From: Eledone cirrhosa
Lineage: Eukaryota
NCBI GenBank assembly: GCA_964016885.1
Contig: OZ024752.1
Location: forward strand, 49,104,001-49,168,000
Length of the DNA stretch: 64,000 nucleotides
Direction of reading: 5' to 3'
In this document: positions 12,845-26,667 of the stretch, piece after piece
Numbering within the stretch: the stretch's first letter is position 1
How the letters are laid out: every line of letters begins with the position of its first letter
Position numbers and translations under genes: made by a program
The notes under the pieces: generated by a model
Told to the model about the DNA's origin: nothing
What the model saw: only the letters and a program-made list of their open reading frames with translations
The model's database searches: none

Positions 12845-14201
12845 TGCACATATACATTAATTCTAGGCTTCTTCATATTTTCCATTGAGTAAATTCAATG
12901 ACATTAAAAGATCAACTCATGGTGTGAGTAGGTTATGCCTGGAAGGAAGGTTGGCTGGTAAGAGAAGCAGAGCTCGGCAGCCAAAAAGATGACTTAATAA
13001 TGTCAACTTATGGACTCAATTTGATCTTTGAACTCTGCTGCTGTTTAGCATCAAAGAAGAAAAAATTCACCGACAAGGCATGGTTGGCCAGAGACTATAG
13101 TAGAATACGTTAGTCCAAAGTTCCACACATTGGGATTGAACCTTGTATCTAGAACAATATGATTGTGAAGCAAACGCCCTCAACATACAGTCATGTTTCT
13201 ACCTACAAACAAAAGCTACAGGTGGAGAATCAACACCATTTTGACTGGCTCTGTACTTAATTAATTTACAACAACATCTGTTTTTGAGAAGATGTTTGAA
13301 TTTTCTGTAAACATCATCATCATCATCGTTTATGCATGTTAAAAGTAAATATAAAAAAAAAAACACAGCTATGACTGACCTATTTATTGTTTATGTTATA
13401 TAAATTAAATCTTGTTTGTATTGCCATCACAGTTCTTGACAAACAAAACTGCTTTAAACACTCACTTTCATTTTGTTGCCATGGATAGTGTTGATGGCAA
13501 TAAATAACTTCAGCAATTACTAGTAAAAAGATAGTTATTAATTTGTAACAATGCATGTTAATCTAAGATGGTGAACCAGGAACAAGTTTCTATTAATTTT
13601 CCAACAGTCACTGATAAAACATCAATAAAGATAGTGTATGCTTATCTGTAAACTAATGCAGAGACAAGCTTCATCCTCTTCCGGCAGTTTGCAAATACAG
13701 AGATAAAAATGTAAAAATGAACTGCTGAGAATAAAAGAGGGAGTTTGTTGATCATGAAACTAAAAAGGGCTGTAAGAAGAATTGAATTTATCTCATCATT
13801 TTAAATAATGTATGGAATGGACCTTCGTCGGTTTTCATGGAGAATGTTAAGATTGTATGATGAACAGAACAGTCTACTTGTAAAATTAATGTGCAAGTGA
13901 CTGATACATGTACCTATAATGTAATTCTCAGGGAGATTCAGCATGATACATCACGTGACAAAGTTAGCCCTTTGAATTAAAGGCTTAGTCCATCTGATGG
14001 GCTTATAAACAGTTTCTTTCTACTAAGATACACTCATAAATCTTGGTTGGATCTCCCCAAGGCTGTAGTCAATGACACTTGCCTAAGATGCCATGCTATG
14101 GGCTTGAATGCAAGATCTTATGATTGCAAAACAAACCAGCCATTCAACCATGCTTCATCCACACAGTTTATGGAATAAGGGAGAGAATGTATATTCTAGA
14201 G

Positions 14202-14480
14202 CAATCATGGTCAACCTGCAGCCGTGAAGCTTTCTGAATGGCTCGCCTAAGTCACCAAAGTGAAATCTTTATGTTTTTTTTACCCCAACTTGTCAGTCAA
14301 AATTTATCTTTCTATCATTTTTACGATCGAGGAAAACGACATGTATGAAACAAATCAAAACAACCTGAGTTACCGCCCTTTTTTTAATGTGGGCATGAAT
14401 GTAAATTAGCGCTTGCAGCCCGCCTGATGATGAGCCATTTCTCATGTGGCCCACTTCTCAACAAAGGTTGCCCATGCCTC
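14202..14480. mobile_element. hAT (Charlie-like) MITE
   Basis: TIRs caatcatggtcaacct / aggttgcccatgcctc. 8-bp flanks ttctagag and atctagtg fit the NTCTAGAN Charlie target. Confidence 0.7.
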
Positions 14481-14665
14481 ATCTAGTGTGTATTAATAGT
14501 AGTAACAGATTAAATATGGCTGGTCAAAAGGAGAATTTAAAATAACTGATTCACTTCCCACAGCATATCTTCAATTTAATTTTTACATCAATTTAAATTT
14601 CAGAGTTCTCTCCCTTACTCCTCTTGATGATAATTATCATTAATGTTAATTATTATTATCCTTCT

Positions 14666-14838
14666 GGCAGTATCAGTAGAGGGTCGGACGCCATGCTTTC
14701 CAGCATAGTTACGTCCCTTTACGATCTGAGTTCAAATCCCGCCGAGGTTGACTTTGCCTTTCATCCTTACGGGGTCGATAAAATAAAGTACCAGTAACGC
14801 CCTGGGTAATTGCTGGCCTTGTGCCTAAAGTAGAAACA
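14666..14838 (+). mobile_element. SINE family A, slightly 5'-truncated, 14-bp TSD
   Basis: TSD attattatccttct at 14652-14665 and 14839-14852. Confidence 0.9.
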
Positions 14839-15346
14839 ATTATTATCCTTCTTATGATATAATTTCGATTTTTTTAAATATGATTTTTGGCTCACTATAT
14901 TAAAAATGTCAGCCTGCATTGAACTTCATACCAGCTCTCTCATAAAGATATTTCTTTTGTACTTGATTATTTCTATGAAATTACTTCAAGTAGCTTCAAA
15001 CTAAACATGAAAATGTCATCCTGACCATATACAGGAACAGTGATTACAAAGTTGAGCCAGGCTACTAGAGGAGAAAAACAATATGCTATTCTAGTGTCTA
15101 GGTTTTTGTTGAACAGCTTTAGCTCAGCAGCAACAATTCATTCAAATTTTGCTGATAACAAACCTTTCATTTTCACCATCTCTTCTTTCAATGAAAGCAT
15201 TATTTTACATTCTATAATAGTGTTTGATTTTTACCCGTGAATCATAAATACAAAGACAGCTTCTAAAAGGAGAGATATTTTTTACCATTTTTGAGAACTA
15301 TAATTGTCTTTCATAATATTTATTCTTGTATAATACACATTCATAT

Positions 15347-15526
15347 ATAATTGTTTCTACTTTTGGCACAAGGCCAGCAATTACCCCAGTGCATTTACTG
15401 GTACTTTATTTTATCGACCCAGTAAGGATGAAAGACAAAGTTAACCTCACCACAGAATTTGAACTCAGACTATAAAAGACTGTAACTCTAGGCTGCAAAG
15501 CATGGCGTTTGACCCTCTACCGATAC
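15347..15526 (-). mobile_element. SINE family A
   Basis: Homologous to the 3750 copy. Confidence 0.85.
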
Positions 15527-15786
15527 CTATGATTAAAGGTAATGAGATCTTGAAAACAATATCTCAAGTATAATATACACTGACTTTCCATTGGTATATC
15601 AATTTATGGAAAATAGAGTTTAGCCAGATTATTTATGATTGTTATATAAAATATATTGAGAAAGTTTACACACCTACAGTGAAACAAAAGGTAAATTTGA
15701 AAGTGATTATGAAATTTGATAATATATTCTAACCCCATGATTGTAGTATTGGAACTGTGATCTCTCAATTTGGTTAGATAAGCAAG

Positions 15787-15985
15787 ATGGTTGGATAACA
15801 TCCATGAGCTTGGCTGGTCATGCTTGGGGATCCAGCTGGATCAGTTGGAGACAGTTGCTCCTGACATGACCTGCTCGAGGGAGTGTTTGAGGACTCTGCC
15901 CACACAACCCTCTCAGGAATAAGTGGGAGAAGATAAAGAAAAAGAAAAAAAAGAAAAGAAGAAGAAAAGAAGAAGAAAAGAAAAA
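15787..15985 (+). mobile_element. 3' end of an RTE-clade (Rex3/Expander-like) LINE with GAA-rich tail
   Basis: Frame WLDNIHELGWSCLGIQLDQLETVAPDMTCSRECLRTLPTQPSQE* followed by (GAA)-rich tail; resembles the Rex3/Expander C-terminus. Confidence 0.7.
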
Positions 15986-17442
15986 GCAGACTACAAATAC
16001 TAATTATATAAAAATCAGAAACCCATATAAGCAAATTGTATTTAACTGAATTATTTTATGTATTTTCATTTCTAATAAAAATGTCAGTGATCCTTTTCTA
16101 AACGAGATACATACAGTCAAATAATTAGACACAATGTGAGTCTATTTCTTTTGAATTCTCATAAAAATATAGAGTTCAACTATCAAAATATAGCTGTAAA
16201 TGTTCTAATTTGAAACAAGTAAAATATTCACGTAAATCATAATAAAAATGATGTCATTTATGGCAAGTTAACTAAGAGATTGACAGGAGGTTCAAATGTC
16301 ATACCGAGTTAAATATCTATATTACATAATTTCTATAAATGTAACTGTCATGTTTATTATAGTTTTTAAAAAAACATTAATTGAAAAACTATAATAGATA
16401 AGTGAGATTTCTTTTCAAATAGCAACAAAGATGATCATTTGATATATGTACATGTATAAAAGTAGAGAAAAGTGTAAGATTTGTATGAATAGTCAGTTCT
16501 TTAAGAATCATGTGCTCAGAAGGAAAAAATATACATAGAAAAACAACATAGTGGAAATCAAGTTATTCATCTAACCAGGGAGTCTAGTAATCAAGTTAAC
16601 AAAAATCAGTGAATTCTATATAACATCTTGTTTTTATTTTCCATTCTTATTTTACTTATTTCTTGAATTTTATTTTTTTGTGTTTGTTTTTTTTTTACCT
16701 GAAAAAGAAGCATTCTTTTATGATTCTTTTATTAAAAGGTTCTTTATCGAAATTTTGAGATTTTTCTTATTTGATTCTTTTTTGTAAATCTCTTTTTGCT
16801 CTTTAAATTGATTTATAAGAAATGCAATAAAAATGTTTCCTTAAGCAATAGAAGTTATCTATATAGATATAGAGATTTTTAAGAACACTAAAGACACTTT
16901 ACATTCTTAATGATTAAAGAATCGGCCTCCAGTAGTGCAGAAAGTTTAATCAAATTTATCCATTGAATGTTTAATTTGCCTCATCTGCTCAAAGCTAACA
17001 TACAACACAAGCTTTATTTGTTTATTTTATTTTTACATCTATATCAGTAATGTATAGTGTAAACTCAAGACTGTCTACCTACCATGAAGCAGATAAGAAA
17101 CTAGTTTGGTCAATTTGACATATTAAGAATTATACAACTGACCATGAAGATTTTCATATCAATTTTGTTTTATTTTCTTCTTTAGGAAATTTATTTTAAG
17201 AGAACAGATCAAGTATTTTGTGAACAAACTCAATTATTTTACAAAATTTATATAAAATATTAAATTCTATAACTAAGAAAAATACATGAATGCATTTTCT
17301 TTAAAAGCTTCATAAAAGATGATGATGTATTTAATGAATTAATATATATGAAAAAAATTTCAATATTTCTTATTCTGTCATTTACATAGAAAACAGTTGA
17401 ATAAAATGCCGTAGTGTTTTATCTTACTGGTAGGCATAGAGT

Positions 17443-17623
17443 GGCTCATCTCATAGAGAAGCTCATCTTATCTCATAGAGCAGATCCCCTAATAATGCAG
17501 CTTATCTCATAGCACAGATCATCTCATAGGGCAGGCCATCTTGTAGCACAGCTGATCTCGTAGCACAGCTCATTTCATAGAGCAGCTCATCTCATCTTAT
17601 ATCATAGCACAGCTCATCTCATA
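17443..17623. repeat. Degenerate ~18-bp minisatellite (cagctcatctcatag(ag/ca))
   Basis: About 10 imperfect units visible. Confidence 0.8.
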
Positions 17624-17626
17624 CCA

Positions 17627-18012
17627 ACTAAAACTCCTTGTTTTCAGTCTGATGTACATAAAATACAACTAAGCATCTTATGCATTAACCTGAAGTGGTA
17701 AGTGATAAGAAACTTTCAGGAGAGCTGGACAGCAGAAAGTCTTCAGAGAAGAAATTCTCAGGAGAGCTGGACAGCAGGTCTTCAGAGAAGAAACCCCACT
17801 CAAGCGGTGTTTCAGGCCTTAACATGTTCCAAGGAAGTATTACTCCCTATTTACAAAATTCTACTTGGCTGAAAATAATTACCATGCTTACAAAAAAACA
17901 TTTTTGCAAGTAGTAAGAAAGGTTTTCTGCTGAAAAAATAGCCACTAAAACTCCTTGTTTTCAGTTTGATGTACAAGAAATACAACTAGGTATTTTAAGT
18001 ATTGATCTGAAG
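17627..18012. repeat. 69-bp direct repeats (17627-17695, 17944-18012) enclosing a ~45-bp tandem duplication
   Basis: actaaaactccttgttttcagt...ctgaag twice; caggagagctggacagcag..gtcttcagagaagaaa twice. Confidence 0.8.
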
Positions 18013-18239
18013 AGTGATATCCACCATAACATAAACTTCATAGAATATATAAATATAGTTATTTCATAATTTAAAAAGGCTTATAGAATGTATCCTGCCC
18101 ATTTGCAACTGTACTCATCAGGGAATTCTTTTTGAGGCAATATTTTACAGCCAGATGCCCTTCCTAGCACCAAACTTTATTTATTGTGTGCCTATTCTCT
18201 AACTAATATACATCGTTAAATATCAATAATAATAGTATT

Positions 18240-18328
<89 letters not shown>

Positions 18329-20604
18329 ATATTAGTGGCTAAACATTTATCCAACATTAAGTGGATCAAAATTTTCTACTTGAAGTAATACATAAACGAA
18401 CCTAGAAACATCTCTAATTACTCAACTTGATTAATCCTATCAAAATCTATTATAGAATTAACTCAATCAAATTGTAGGACAACTCAAGTATTCTTTAATT
18501 ATAATTACAGTTAGATATTTGCTTAAGTGTTTATATGCAGCTAAATAAATCACAGTGGTGGAAATTGTAGCTTTTTTTTTTATGTTTCAATCTTTGCACC
18601 AGTAGTCAGTATCTTTATTTCCACCACCCTTACCTTACACTTACCTGATCATGAAATAGTATCTGTCACCAATTACTAAAATATATGGTTTGGAATCCAG
18701 ATTATTTTCTGATGGTAATCAAAAAATTCTAGTTCCGATTTTAGGTTTTAAATTTCAGCAGCCTACCATTTATTACTGTAACTAAAATACTAGTTATTTA
18801 TAACAGGAAATTGATGTTTTAAGATTTTAAAATGAACAGTAATTATCAATAAAGTAAATGGTTTAAGTTAAATGAAGTAAAAACATCAATAACATCATGT
18901 ATCACGTATTTCAAAACATGTCTTACTTGATTCACATTAACAATTATACTCTGCTCAAAGATATCTTAGAGAATCACACAACAAATATGTTGAGTTTACT
19001 TAAAGAAAAGCAGTTTCATAATTAAATTACATTTATTTATTATGTGTTAGATTAAAGGCATTTTAAGTAAAAGAAACAAATGGAGAGGAAAGCCACAAAT
19101 AAATTTAAATACAACAGAGGTAAATTGAATAAATGTGAAAATACAATTCTTTTAATGATTATTGCTTAAAAATAACACATTAAGAAATTAGATCAGAGAT
19201 ATTTATTTATATTTATATTTATTCCCTTCTCTATTTTATCAAAATTTATCCATATCTGATTCTAGACAGCTACAGTTGTATAAGTATGATACGCTTTATC
19301 TGTGTCTTATAACATTAAAATAAATTAGTTACATTTATGGATCCTGTGCAACAAATTATAAAGAAACATTAGAGAGCTCATTGAGTTATGGCAAAATGTG
19401 AGTATAAACCCAAATCGAATAATCAATTGATAGTTTTATTCTTTCATTCTAAATTTGGATTTAAAGGACATTTTACATACCAAATAATCTAAAAATATGG
19501 TTTTAATATTCAGTAAAGAACCATCAAAATTCTTTCATTCTCAAAACAATGTATTCGTTAAGATGAATACTTGGAAGGGAATAGGCAAAAAGTAAATCCT
19601 GGCAAAGAACAAAATATGTGACTGATTTGTTAAGTGTGAAATGGTAACCATGTAGCACAACTAATAAGTAAGCATGTGTGGAAACTATTAGATTAGAGAA
19701 GCTGAGAAAAACAAATCATTTCAAAAGGAAAGAATACAAATAGGAGCAAATCAAACGGAAAATGGGAATATAATGTATAGCAGATGCCTGGAAATAGATC
19801 AACATAAAGCAGAAAATATATCGAAAATCATGCTAAAGAAATAAATGATGAATAAAGAGAGAAGTGCTTACTATGGAAGAAGATTAAAATCAAGGCTCTT
19901 TGTGTAAAGTGGTATCAATTGGGACTTAATTGTTATATTATAAACTTCACAGTTACATGACTTGAATGAATATATTTATAACATGAATTCTTCTCCTCGT
20001 TGTTGTTGTTTCTTTATTATCTTTTTAGTCATCTAACATAGATGAAATGAAATGATATTGTACCGTTAGAGATCTATATGTAGATAAAAATGTTTTCCCC
20101 AAAAAGCAATGTGTTCTATTAAGTGGAAGATATCAAAAGCTAACAAAACATACAAAATATTATTACTATTACTATTATTATTATTATTATTATTATTATT
20201 GTTGTTAAAATGTTCTCCATCTTTGTATATAATAGATTTACAGATGATTGTGTTATAGACCACGTTTTAAAAAGAGGCATTACTCAATAACAACAGCAAC
20301 AAAATAGGAAATATCCACTGCTTAATATCGACATCAGAAATGTTCGAATATTTAATATATATTCTAATTTGTTTTCCTTATTCTGTTTTCGAAATTCAAG
20401 TTACGTTTGACAACACTTATAGAAGTAATTAGCTCCTGTTACAGCTGACCAATAATAGATTTAATACAGAAGTATTATTGCTTAAGTTTTTACATCTATT
20501 CAAGTTAAAAGTAACCTTTTATAGATTTCAGAGAATGAGATCAACAGCTAAAACTAATAAAGGATATAAAAGTTATATACATTTGTAGCTCACACACAAA
20601 GCTT

Positions 20605-20992
20605 AAAGTACCAGTAATGTACTGGGTAATTGGTGGCCTTGTGCCTATATAAGAGACCATTATTATTATGGCCAAAGGGCGGTGGATTGGCAGTATTGGT
20701 AGAGGGTCGGACACTATGCTTTGACGCATAGAGTTACGGCCCTTGCCATTCTGAGTTCGAATCCCGCCGAGGTTAACTTTGCCTTTCATCCTTACAGGGT
20801 CGATAAAATAAAGTACCAGTAATGCACTGGGATAATTGCTGGCCTTGTGCCAAAAAGTAGAAACAATTATTATGGTCAATTTTGCTTTCATCTTTCTGGG
20901 GTAGATAAAATAAAATACCAGTTAAGTGCTGGGGTCAATTTAATCAACTTCCCACTCACCAAATTGCTGGCCTAGTGCCTAAGTTAGAAGCC
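20605..20992 (+). mobile_element. Three tandem SINE A pieces; the central full-length copy (20677-20865) has a 14-bp TSD
   Basis: TSD attattatgg(c/t)caa; head gggcggtggattggcagtattggtagag. Confidence 0.85.
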
Positions 20993-22326
20993 ACTACTAC
21001 TACTACTACTACTACCATAATAATAATTATTATTATTATTATGCTCCAGTTCAAAATTATAAATCTAAATTCAGGTTTCCTCTCTTTCCAGGAAATGTAA
21101 AAAAAAGGATAAATAATTATAAAACAAGATTATGTATAAAACTATTTTAATATTATAAATTAAAATTTCCTAATATTTAAATTACTATAGAATAAAAAAG
21201 AAGAGTCCAATTTATTAAAAATTTCATGTTGGTAAAATTGGTTACCTTCATCCTAAACTGATTTCCAAACACTTTCTCATTAAGTATCAAATGTTCTTTC
21301 GTCTAAATCAATGTTTGTTAATTCATTGGAGTAAAAATATCTCAAATCCTTAAACAAAGAAATTGAACAGCTGTTTAAAAACCAATTCTTTTTCTTCCTA
21401 ACCCAACCAGCCACCACATCTTTTAGTAAACGTTGTGTCTCAACAAATGTAATGCAATAAGCACATTTTCAATATGAAAGTAACTTAACTATAATTACAA
21501 AAACAAAACAACAACAACAGCAATAATAATAATAATAACAATAATAATAATAATGATAATAATGCCAAGGAGGAGGAGAATGACGATGGTGGTGGTAATG
21601 ATGATGGTGATGATAATAAACAGGAAAGGGGAGGAAAATTAAATGGAATTACTATCTAATTTTATATAGTATTGAAGAAAAAGGTTGATCAATATAAAAT
21701 AATAAATTCTCTCTGAAATTTCATTTTCAAATTGATTATCAATATAGATTTTAAAGAATTAGGGAATGGCTATCAAGCCAAAGCCAGCCAACTAACTGTT
21801 GTCAATATGGAAAAACAGACACCAATATGTCAAGTTCAGACAAAGAATATATATAAGACATGCCACTGCAATTTATTTAGTCTTATTTAAAAATAAGTTT
21901 ATGGGAAGTGACATCTGGATTGAGGTATTTATATATATATATATATATTAATTTATTTATATATATATATATATTAATTTATTTATATATATATATATTA
22001 ATTTATTTATATATATATTAATTTATATATATATATATATATTAATTTATTTATATATATATTAATTTATATATATATATATTTATATATTTATTCAATA
22101 CAAATAATAAACTGAAATTTGTTATCAGTTCTGTAGCCAACAGAAAATGTTGACTTTTTAGCTTATGATTTTGGTTTATGTTCTTAATAAAAAGGCACAA
22201 AACTTCAACTTAAACACAATTATCAGAGAATTTAATGCAGTAGATCAAAAATATACTTCTTATAATCTTAAAAACAATATTTCATTTTATGAATTTAGCA
22301 AAGAGATTTAGAGAAACTACCCAATA

Positions 22327-22570
22327 TGGCAATGAATTGGAAAAGTTCTTAGAGTATCAGGTTAAAGGCTTAAGCATTTTTTATTTTTTACTTTGGCTTT
22401 CCCTGGCTCTGAATTAAATTCCTGCCAAGATCAACTTTACTTTTAATCCTTAACCCTTTAGCATTTAAACCGGCCAGAATTATCTCACCCTTTTCTGTTC
22501 AAACCAGCTGTAACCAACCACTCATACTGATGTTAAGGTTAAGGTTTTGTTCTCAAAATGAATAATATCA
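22327..22570 (+). mobile_element. Old SINE interrupted by a truncated piggyBac-type MITE family 1 (from ~22450)
   Basis: SINE B-box region, then ttaaccctttagcatttaaaccggcc. Confidence 0.65.
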
Positions 22571-22700
22571 AAATTTCACATTCGATATTATAATAATAAT
22601 AATAATAATAATAATGAACATATTGTGTACAGTGCTCAGGTGCACTACAACTCATCAAAGGTGCATGTATAGTACATAGGGTAATGTAGAGGTGTAAAAC
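22570..22700 (-). mobile_element. CR1-type LINE 3' UTR stub with (ATT)n tail
   Basis: tattgtgtacagtgctcaggtgcactacaactc shared with 24263 and 57220. Confidence 0.7.
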
Positions 22701-23239
22701 CTCCTTTCTCTTCTCATTCTTTAACTTACAATAATTTCCAAATCATTCTGTGAAATAATTTTTTTTTTTTTTAAACTATGATAATTATTGATTAGATTCT
22801 CAAATTAAAAAAATAAAATCAGTTAGTTGAGAGTAGTTAAGACTCAGGAATACTGACACTTGTTGATCTCAGTGACAGATAAGAGAGGAGAAATAGAGAA
22901 AGAAAAACAAAGAAAGCAGGGAAAAGAGAGCAACTAAGACGGATTGAGAGAGAAAGAGAGAGAAAGAGAAAGAGAGAAAGCATAGAAAGAGAAAGAGAGA
23001 AAGTGTAGAAAGAGAAAGAGAGAAAGCGTAAAAAGAGATAGAGAGAGAGAAAGAAAAAAAGAGAGAGAATGAGAAAGAGAAAAAGAGAAAGAAAGAAAGA
23101 AAGATACCTTACATTATATTTTTCTTTGAAGAAATTGGAAAATTAATTATTCCTACATGAAAATCTATATATTAGTAACTGGTCAGATACAAATTTTGTA
23201 AACAACAACAATCTATTTAGTAAAGATTTTATTACAATA

Positions 23240-23950
23240 TAAAATAAAGTACCAGTAATGCACTGGGATAATTGCTGGCCTTGTGCCAAAAGTAGAAACA
23301 ATATAAAAGAAATTAAATTTCTCATTCTCTTATGGTGGTTCTATAAGGAACACCTAAACTTAATAATGGTTTCCTATATAGGCACAAGACCAGCAATTTG
23401 GGAGGAGGGGAAAGCCAATTAAATCAACCCCAGAGCGTAACTGGTACTTTATTTGATCGACCCCGTAAGGATGAAAGGCAAAGTTAACCACGGCGGGATT
23501 TGAACTCAGATCATAAAGGGCCGTAACTCTATGCTGCAAAGTATGGCGTCCAATCTTTGCCAATACTGCCAATCCTTAATAATTGTTTCTACTTTTGGCA
23601 CAAGGCCAGCAATTATCCCAGTACATTACTGGTACTTTATTTGATCAACCCCATACGGATGAAAGGCAAAGTTATCCTCGGCAGGGATTTGAACTCAGAT
23701 CATAAAGGGCCGTAACTCTATGCTGCACACTGCGTCCGACCCTCTACCGATACTGCCAATGATGATTTCTGATTTAGGTACAAGGCCCAGCAATTTGAAG
23801 GAGTGGGGAAAGTCGATTAAATCAACCCCAGTGCATTACTGGTGCTTTATTTATCGACCATGTAAGGATAAAAGGCAAAGTTAACCTTGGGGGGATTTGA
23901 AATCAGAATGTAAAGGACCATAACTCTATGCCGCAAATCATTGTCCGAAA
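23240..23950. mobile_element. Cluster of four SINE A copies (one + stub, three - copies head to tail)
   Basis: Approximately 23240-23302(+), 23362-23575(-), 23578-23760(-), 23762-23948(-). Confidence 0.85.
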
Positions 23951-24011
23951 GAATATATATGTACACATTTTTTCCCTTTTTTAAAATATATACCATTTCA
24001 TAAAAGAATAG

Positions 24012-24140
24012 CTGACCTCAGATTGCTAAAGCTCATAGAGGAGATAACGAGGGACCATGACGAATGGAGAGATGCTGTGCTGAAAAGGACCCATTGCACC
24101 CTTGCTAGCAAGGAAAAGCAGACATAAAATGATGATGACA
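24012..24140 (+). mobile_element. Retroposon 3' end (family C, (ATG)n tail)
   Basis: Reverse complement of the 32034-32182 copy. Confidence 0.6.
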
Positions 24141-24262
24141 ATGAATAGCATATTAAAGTAGAGACATTAGAATGTCAAAGAATGTCACGAACAACAGTCA
24201 AACTTTACCTATAAATCTTGTAGAAATATCTTATTTCTTTTCCATGAACCCCCAAAATATTT

Positions 24263-24542
24263 AATAATAATAATAATAATGAAATTATTGTGTAAAGTGC
24301 TCAGGTGCACTACAACTCGTCAAAAGTGTATGTATAGTACAAAGAATAATACACAAATGTCAGTGAAGTACGTGTGTGTATGTGTTAGCTGTAGTGTTGG
24401 CGGATCTCGGGACGCATGGAGGCCTTAAAGGATGCAGTGTCTCGACAGCTAACAACTGATGCAGGTAGTTTGTTCCATGCTTCAGCAACTCTGAGCATGA
24501 AAAAATGTTTCCGAAAGTCATGGGAACTGTGCTGTTTTCTTA
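24263..24542 (-). mobile_element. CR1-clade LINE 3' end
   Basis: Minus frame RKQHSSHDFRKHFFMLRVAEAWNKLPASVVSCRDTASFKASMRPEIRQHYS* has the CR1 R..FF..RV...WN.LP..VV.....FK motif; (ATT)n tail. Confidence 0.8.
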
Positions 24543-26111
24543 CTTAGACACATGGAAATTTGAAAGAAGCTTTGGCTTCATACGAACCCAGGTTGATGAC
24601 CACTAGCATACACTTTCTGACAATCTATATTTTTCCTATGTGCCAATTTAATTAGCATTATTTTATGAAAGGTCTTAGAACAAGAACATTTGAATCATTA
24701 CAAAAATAATATATTAGCTTTATTACAGATCAAGCATATTTTCTACAGTGCTTTTATATCTTCCAGTTCTTTAAAATTTTTAGTTTAGTACAAAAAAAAA
24801 AAAATCAATTGTTTCCAATATTTTACTGTTTATGTATTAAAACAACCATTATCTTTTTCTTTGTGGCATTGAATAAAATATGAAAATTAGACAATTTCAA
24901 TCACAGTGCGCAATGAAAATATAAAATAATTTATTTTGAAAAAAAAAAAAATGAAAAGACAAAAAAAGATGTTGCTTTGTTTTAAATGGAATATTCTCTC
25001 AGAATCCTTTTTCGTTTAATTTACTGGTAATAAAATAAACAAAAAATAGATTAATAGAGCTAGTATGCCTTTTTTTCATTTTAAAATCAAACAGACTAAA
25101 TCTATTAAATCCAGATTGATAAAGTGGGTAGTAGTCGGGTGGGGGTATCCTTTTAAACAATAGCCAAAATGAAAATGAAATATAGTTGAAATTACTGATT
25201 CAGTAGTTTTTAAAATCATTTTGGAACTAGTTTTATTGAATCATTCGCAAACAGGTCAGTCAGCCAAAATGAAACATAAAACTGAAACTACATCCATAGA
25301 TACTCTTGGTTTCATACAATAATATTAAACTGGTTAATTCTACCCCCACCACCACCACCCCATTTTAAATATCACTGCTTTTACTCTCTTACTTCAATGA
25401 TGAAATTAAATATATAAATTGATAAATGGCCTGTACGTTTCCATATTTGTTCATTTGTCAGGAGACGAAATCCTCAAATGAACAATCTTAATTTATTTTG
25501 TAATAAATGGCCTTCTCTGTTTACACTATTAATTCTCTGTAAACAGTTAATGCAATAAACTAAATTATGGTAACTATACCATAAGTATAGTTACAAAGAA
25601 TTCCATGCATATTTCTCTGAATTTATCAAATTGTTTTTAGTTTTCATAGAATAAAATAGATTAGAAAATGTTTTATTTTACAAATATCATATGGATATCA
25701 CTAATTATTTTGCTCTAATAACCTGCAACATTTTTGCTTTTATTTTCCCCAGTTCTAGCAAATGAAAATATTATTTCTTAGTAAAACTATTCTATTCCTC
25801 AAAAAGATTAGGAAGTAATTTTATCAAGAAAAACAAACTGATTTTATATATATATATAACAATTGCAAACCAATAAACACATTTTTTTTTAAATTTGGTT
25901 GTATATTCTCTGACAATAATTTTTATATTAACACTACCTGTACACTTTTTGCATGACATAATTCTCTTGCTTACTGTCACTGTTCATTTGTCTTGTACTT
26001 AATACGTATTGAGCACACTGTCCTCTTCACGACTGGCTTATAATTCTCACAACCAATCTCTTATCTCTCCTTCTTGAACACTTACTTTTGATATATATAT
26101 ATATATATATA

Positions 26112-26364
26112 AAGTGGTCGTGTAGGAGAGACAACAAAAAGCACCCAGTCCACACTGTAACGTGGTCATGTAGGAGACACAGTAAAAAGGCTCCCAGTCC
26201 ACACAGTAAATGTGGTTGGTATTAGGAAGGGCATCCAGCTGTAAAAAACCTGCCCGAAACAGTTCCGTATAAGCGAGACACAGTCTCCCAACCAATCTTG
26301 TCTCAAGTGGGACAAAACCGTCCAACCCATGCTAGAGTGGAAGATGGATATTAAATGAGGATGA
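26112..26364 (+). mobile_element. SINE family B 3' part (RTE-type tail)
   Basis: gtggttggtattaggaagggcatccagctgt...cccatgctagagtggaagatggatattaaatgaggatg. Copies near 30120, 39352, 47775, 55675 and 56015. Confidence 0.75.
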
Positions 26365-26367
26365 AGA

Positions 26368-26667
26368 ACTCAGACCTATCCGGGAGCCTCCCAAAAGTCA
26401 GCTCGAGAGTGGCACAGAGGAGTGGGATTGGCTGGAGATGCTCACCGACATCCAGAGTTAACACTGCACTCAGTGCTCCTGTGGGAGCTCCTGCATGGAC
26501 ACACTGGAAGAGGAAGACCGAGGTTAACATATGTTGATGCCCTAAGGACAAACACTGGTCTCTTGGAGACGCAGGACATGGCAGCGATAATGAGGGACAG
26601 AGACCGTTGGAGAGAACTCATCCATGGATCTCGGGAATTTTACCCGCCCTAGATAGATAGATTGATA
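26368..26667 (+). mobile_element. 3' end of a second RTE-clade LINE with (TAGA)n tail
   Basis: GSLPKVSSRVAQR/..GLAGDAHRHPELTLHSVLLWELLHGHTGRGRPRLTYVDALRTNTGL...MRDRDRWR (frameshifted), typical RTE C-terminal GRP motif. Confidence 0.8.

Noticed and set aside
18645-18710. Strong minus-strand donor CAG|GTAAGT with possible small exon
   Set aside because: The translation (NNLDSKPYILVIGDRYYFMI) is not FUZ-like and its phase does not fit the upstream exon; at most a cryptic site.
20677-20770. Possible tRNA genes (A/B-box-like motifs; also 63886-63930)
   Set aside because: These are SINE heads; no complete cloverleaf is present.
21246-21302. 57-nt minus-strand phase-0 exon candidate TKEHLILNEKVFGNQFRMK
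   Set aside because: No similarity to FUZ and a weak polypyrimidine tract
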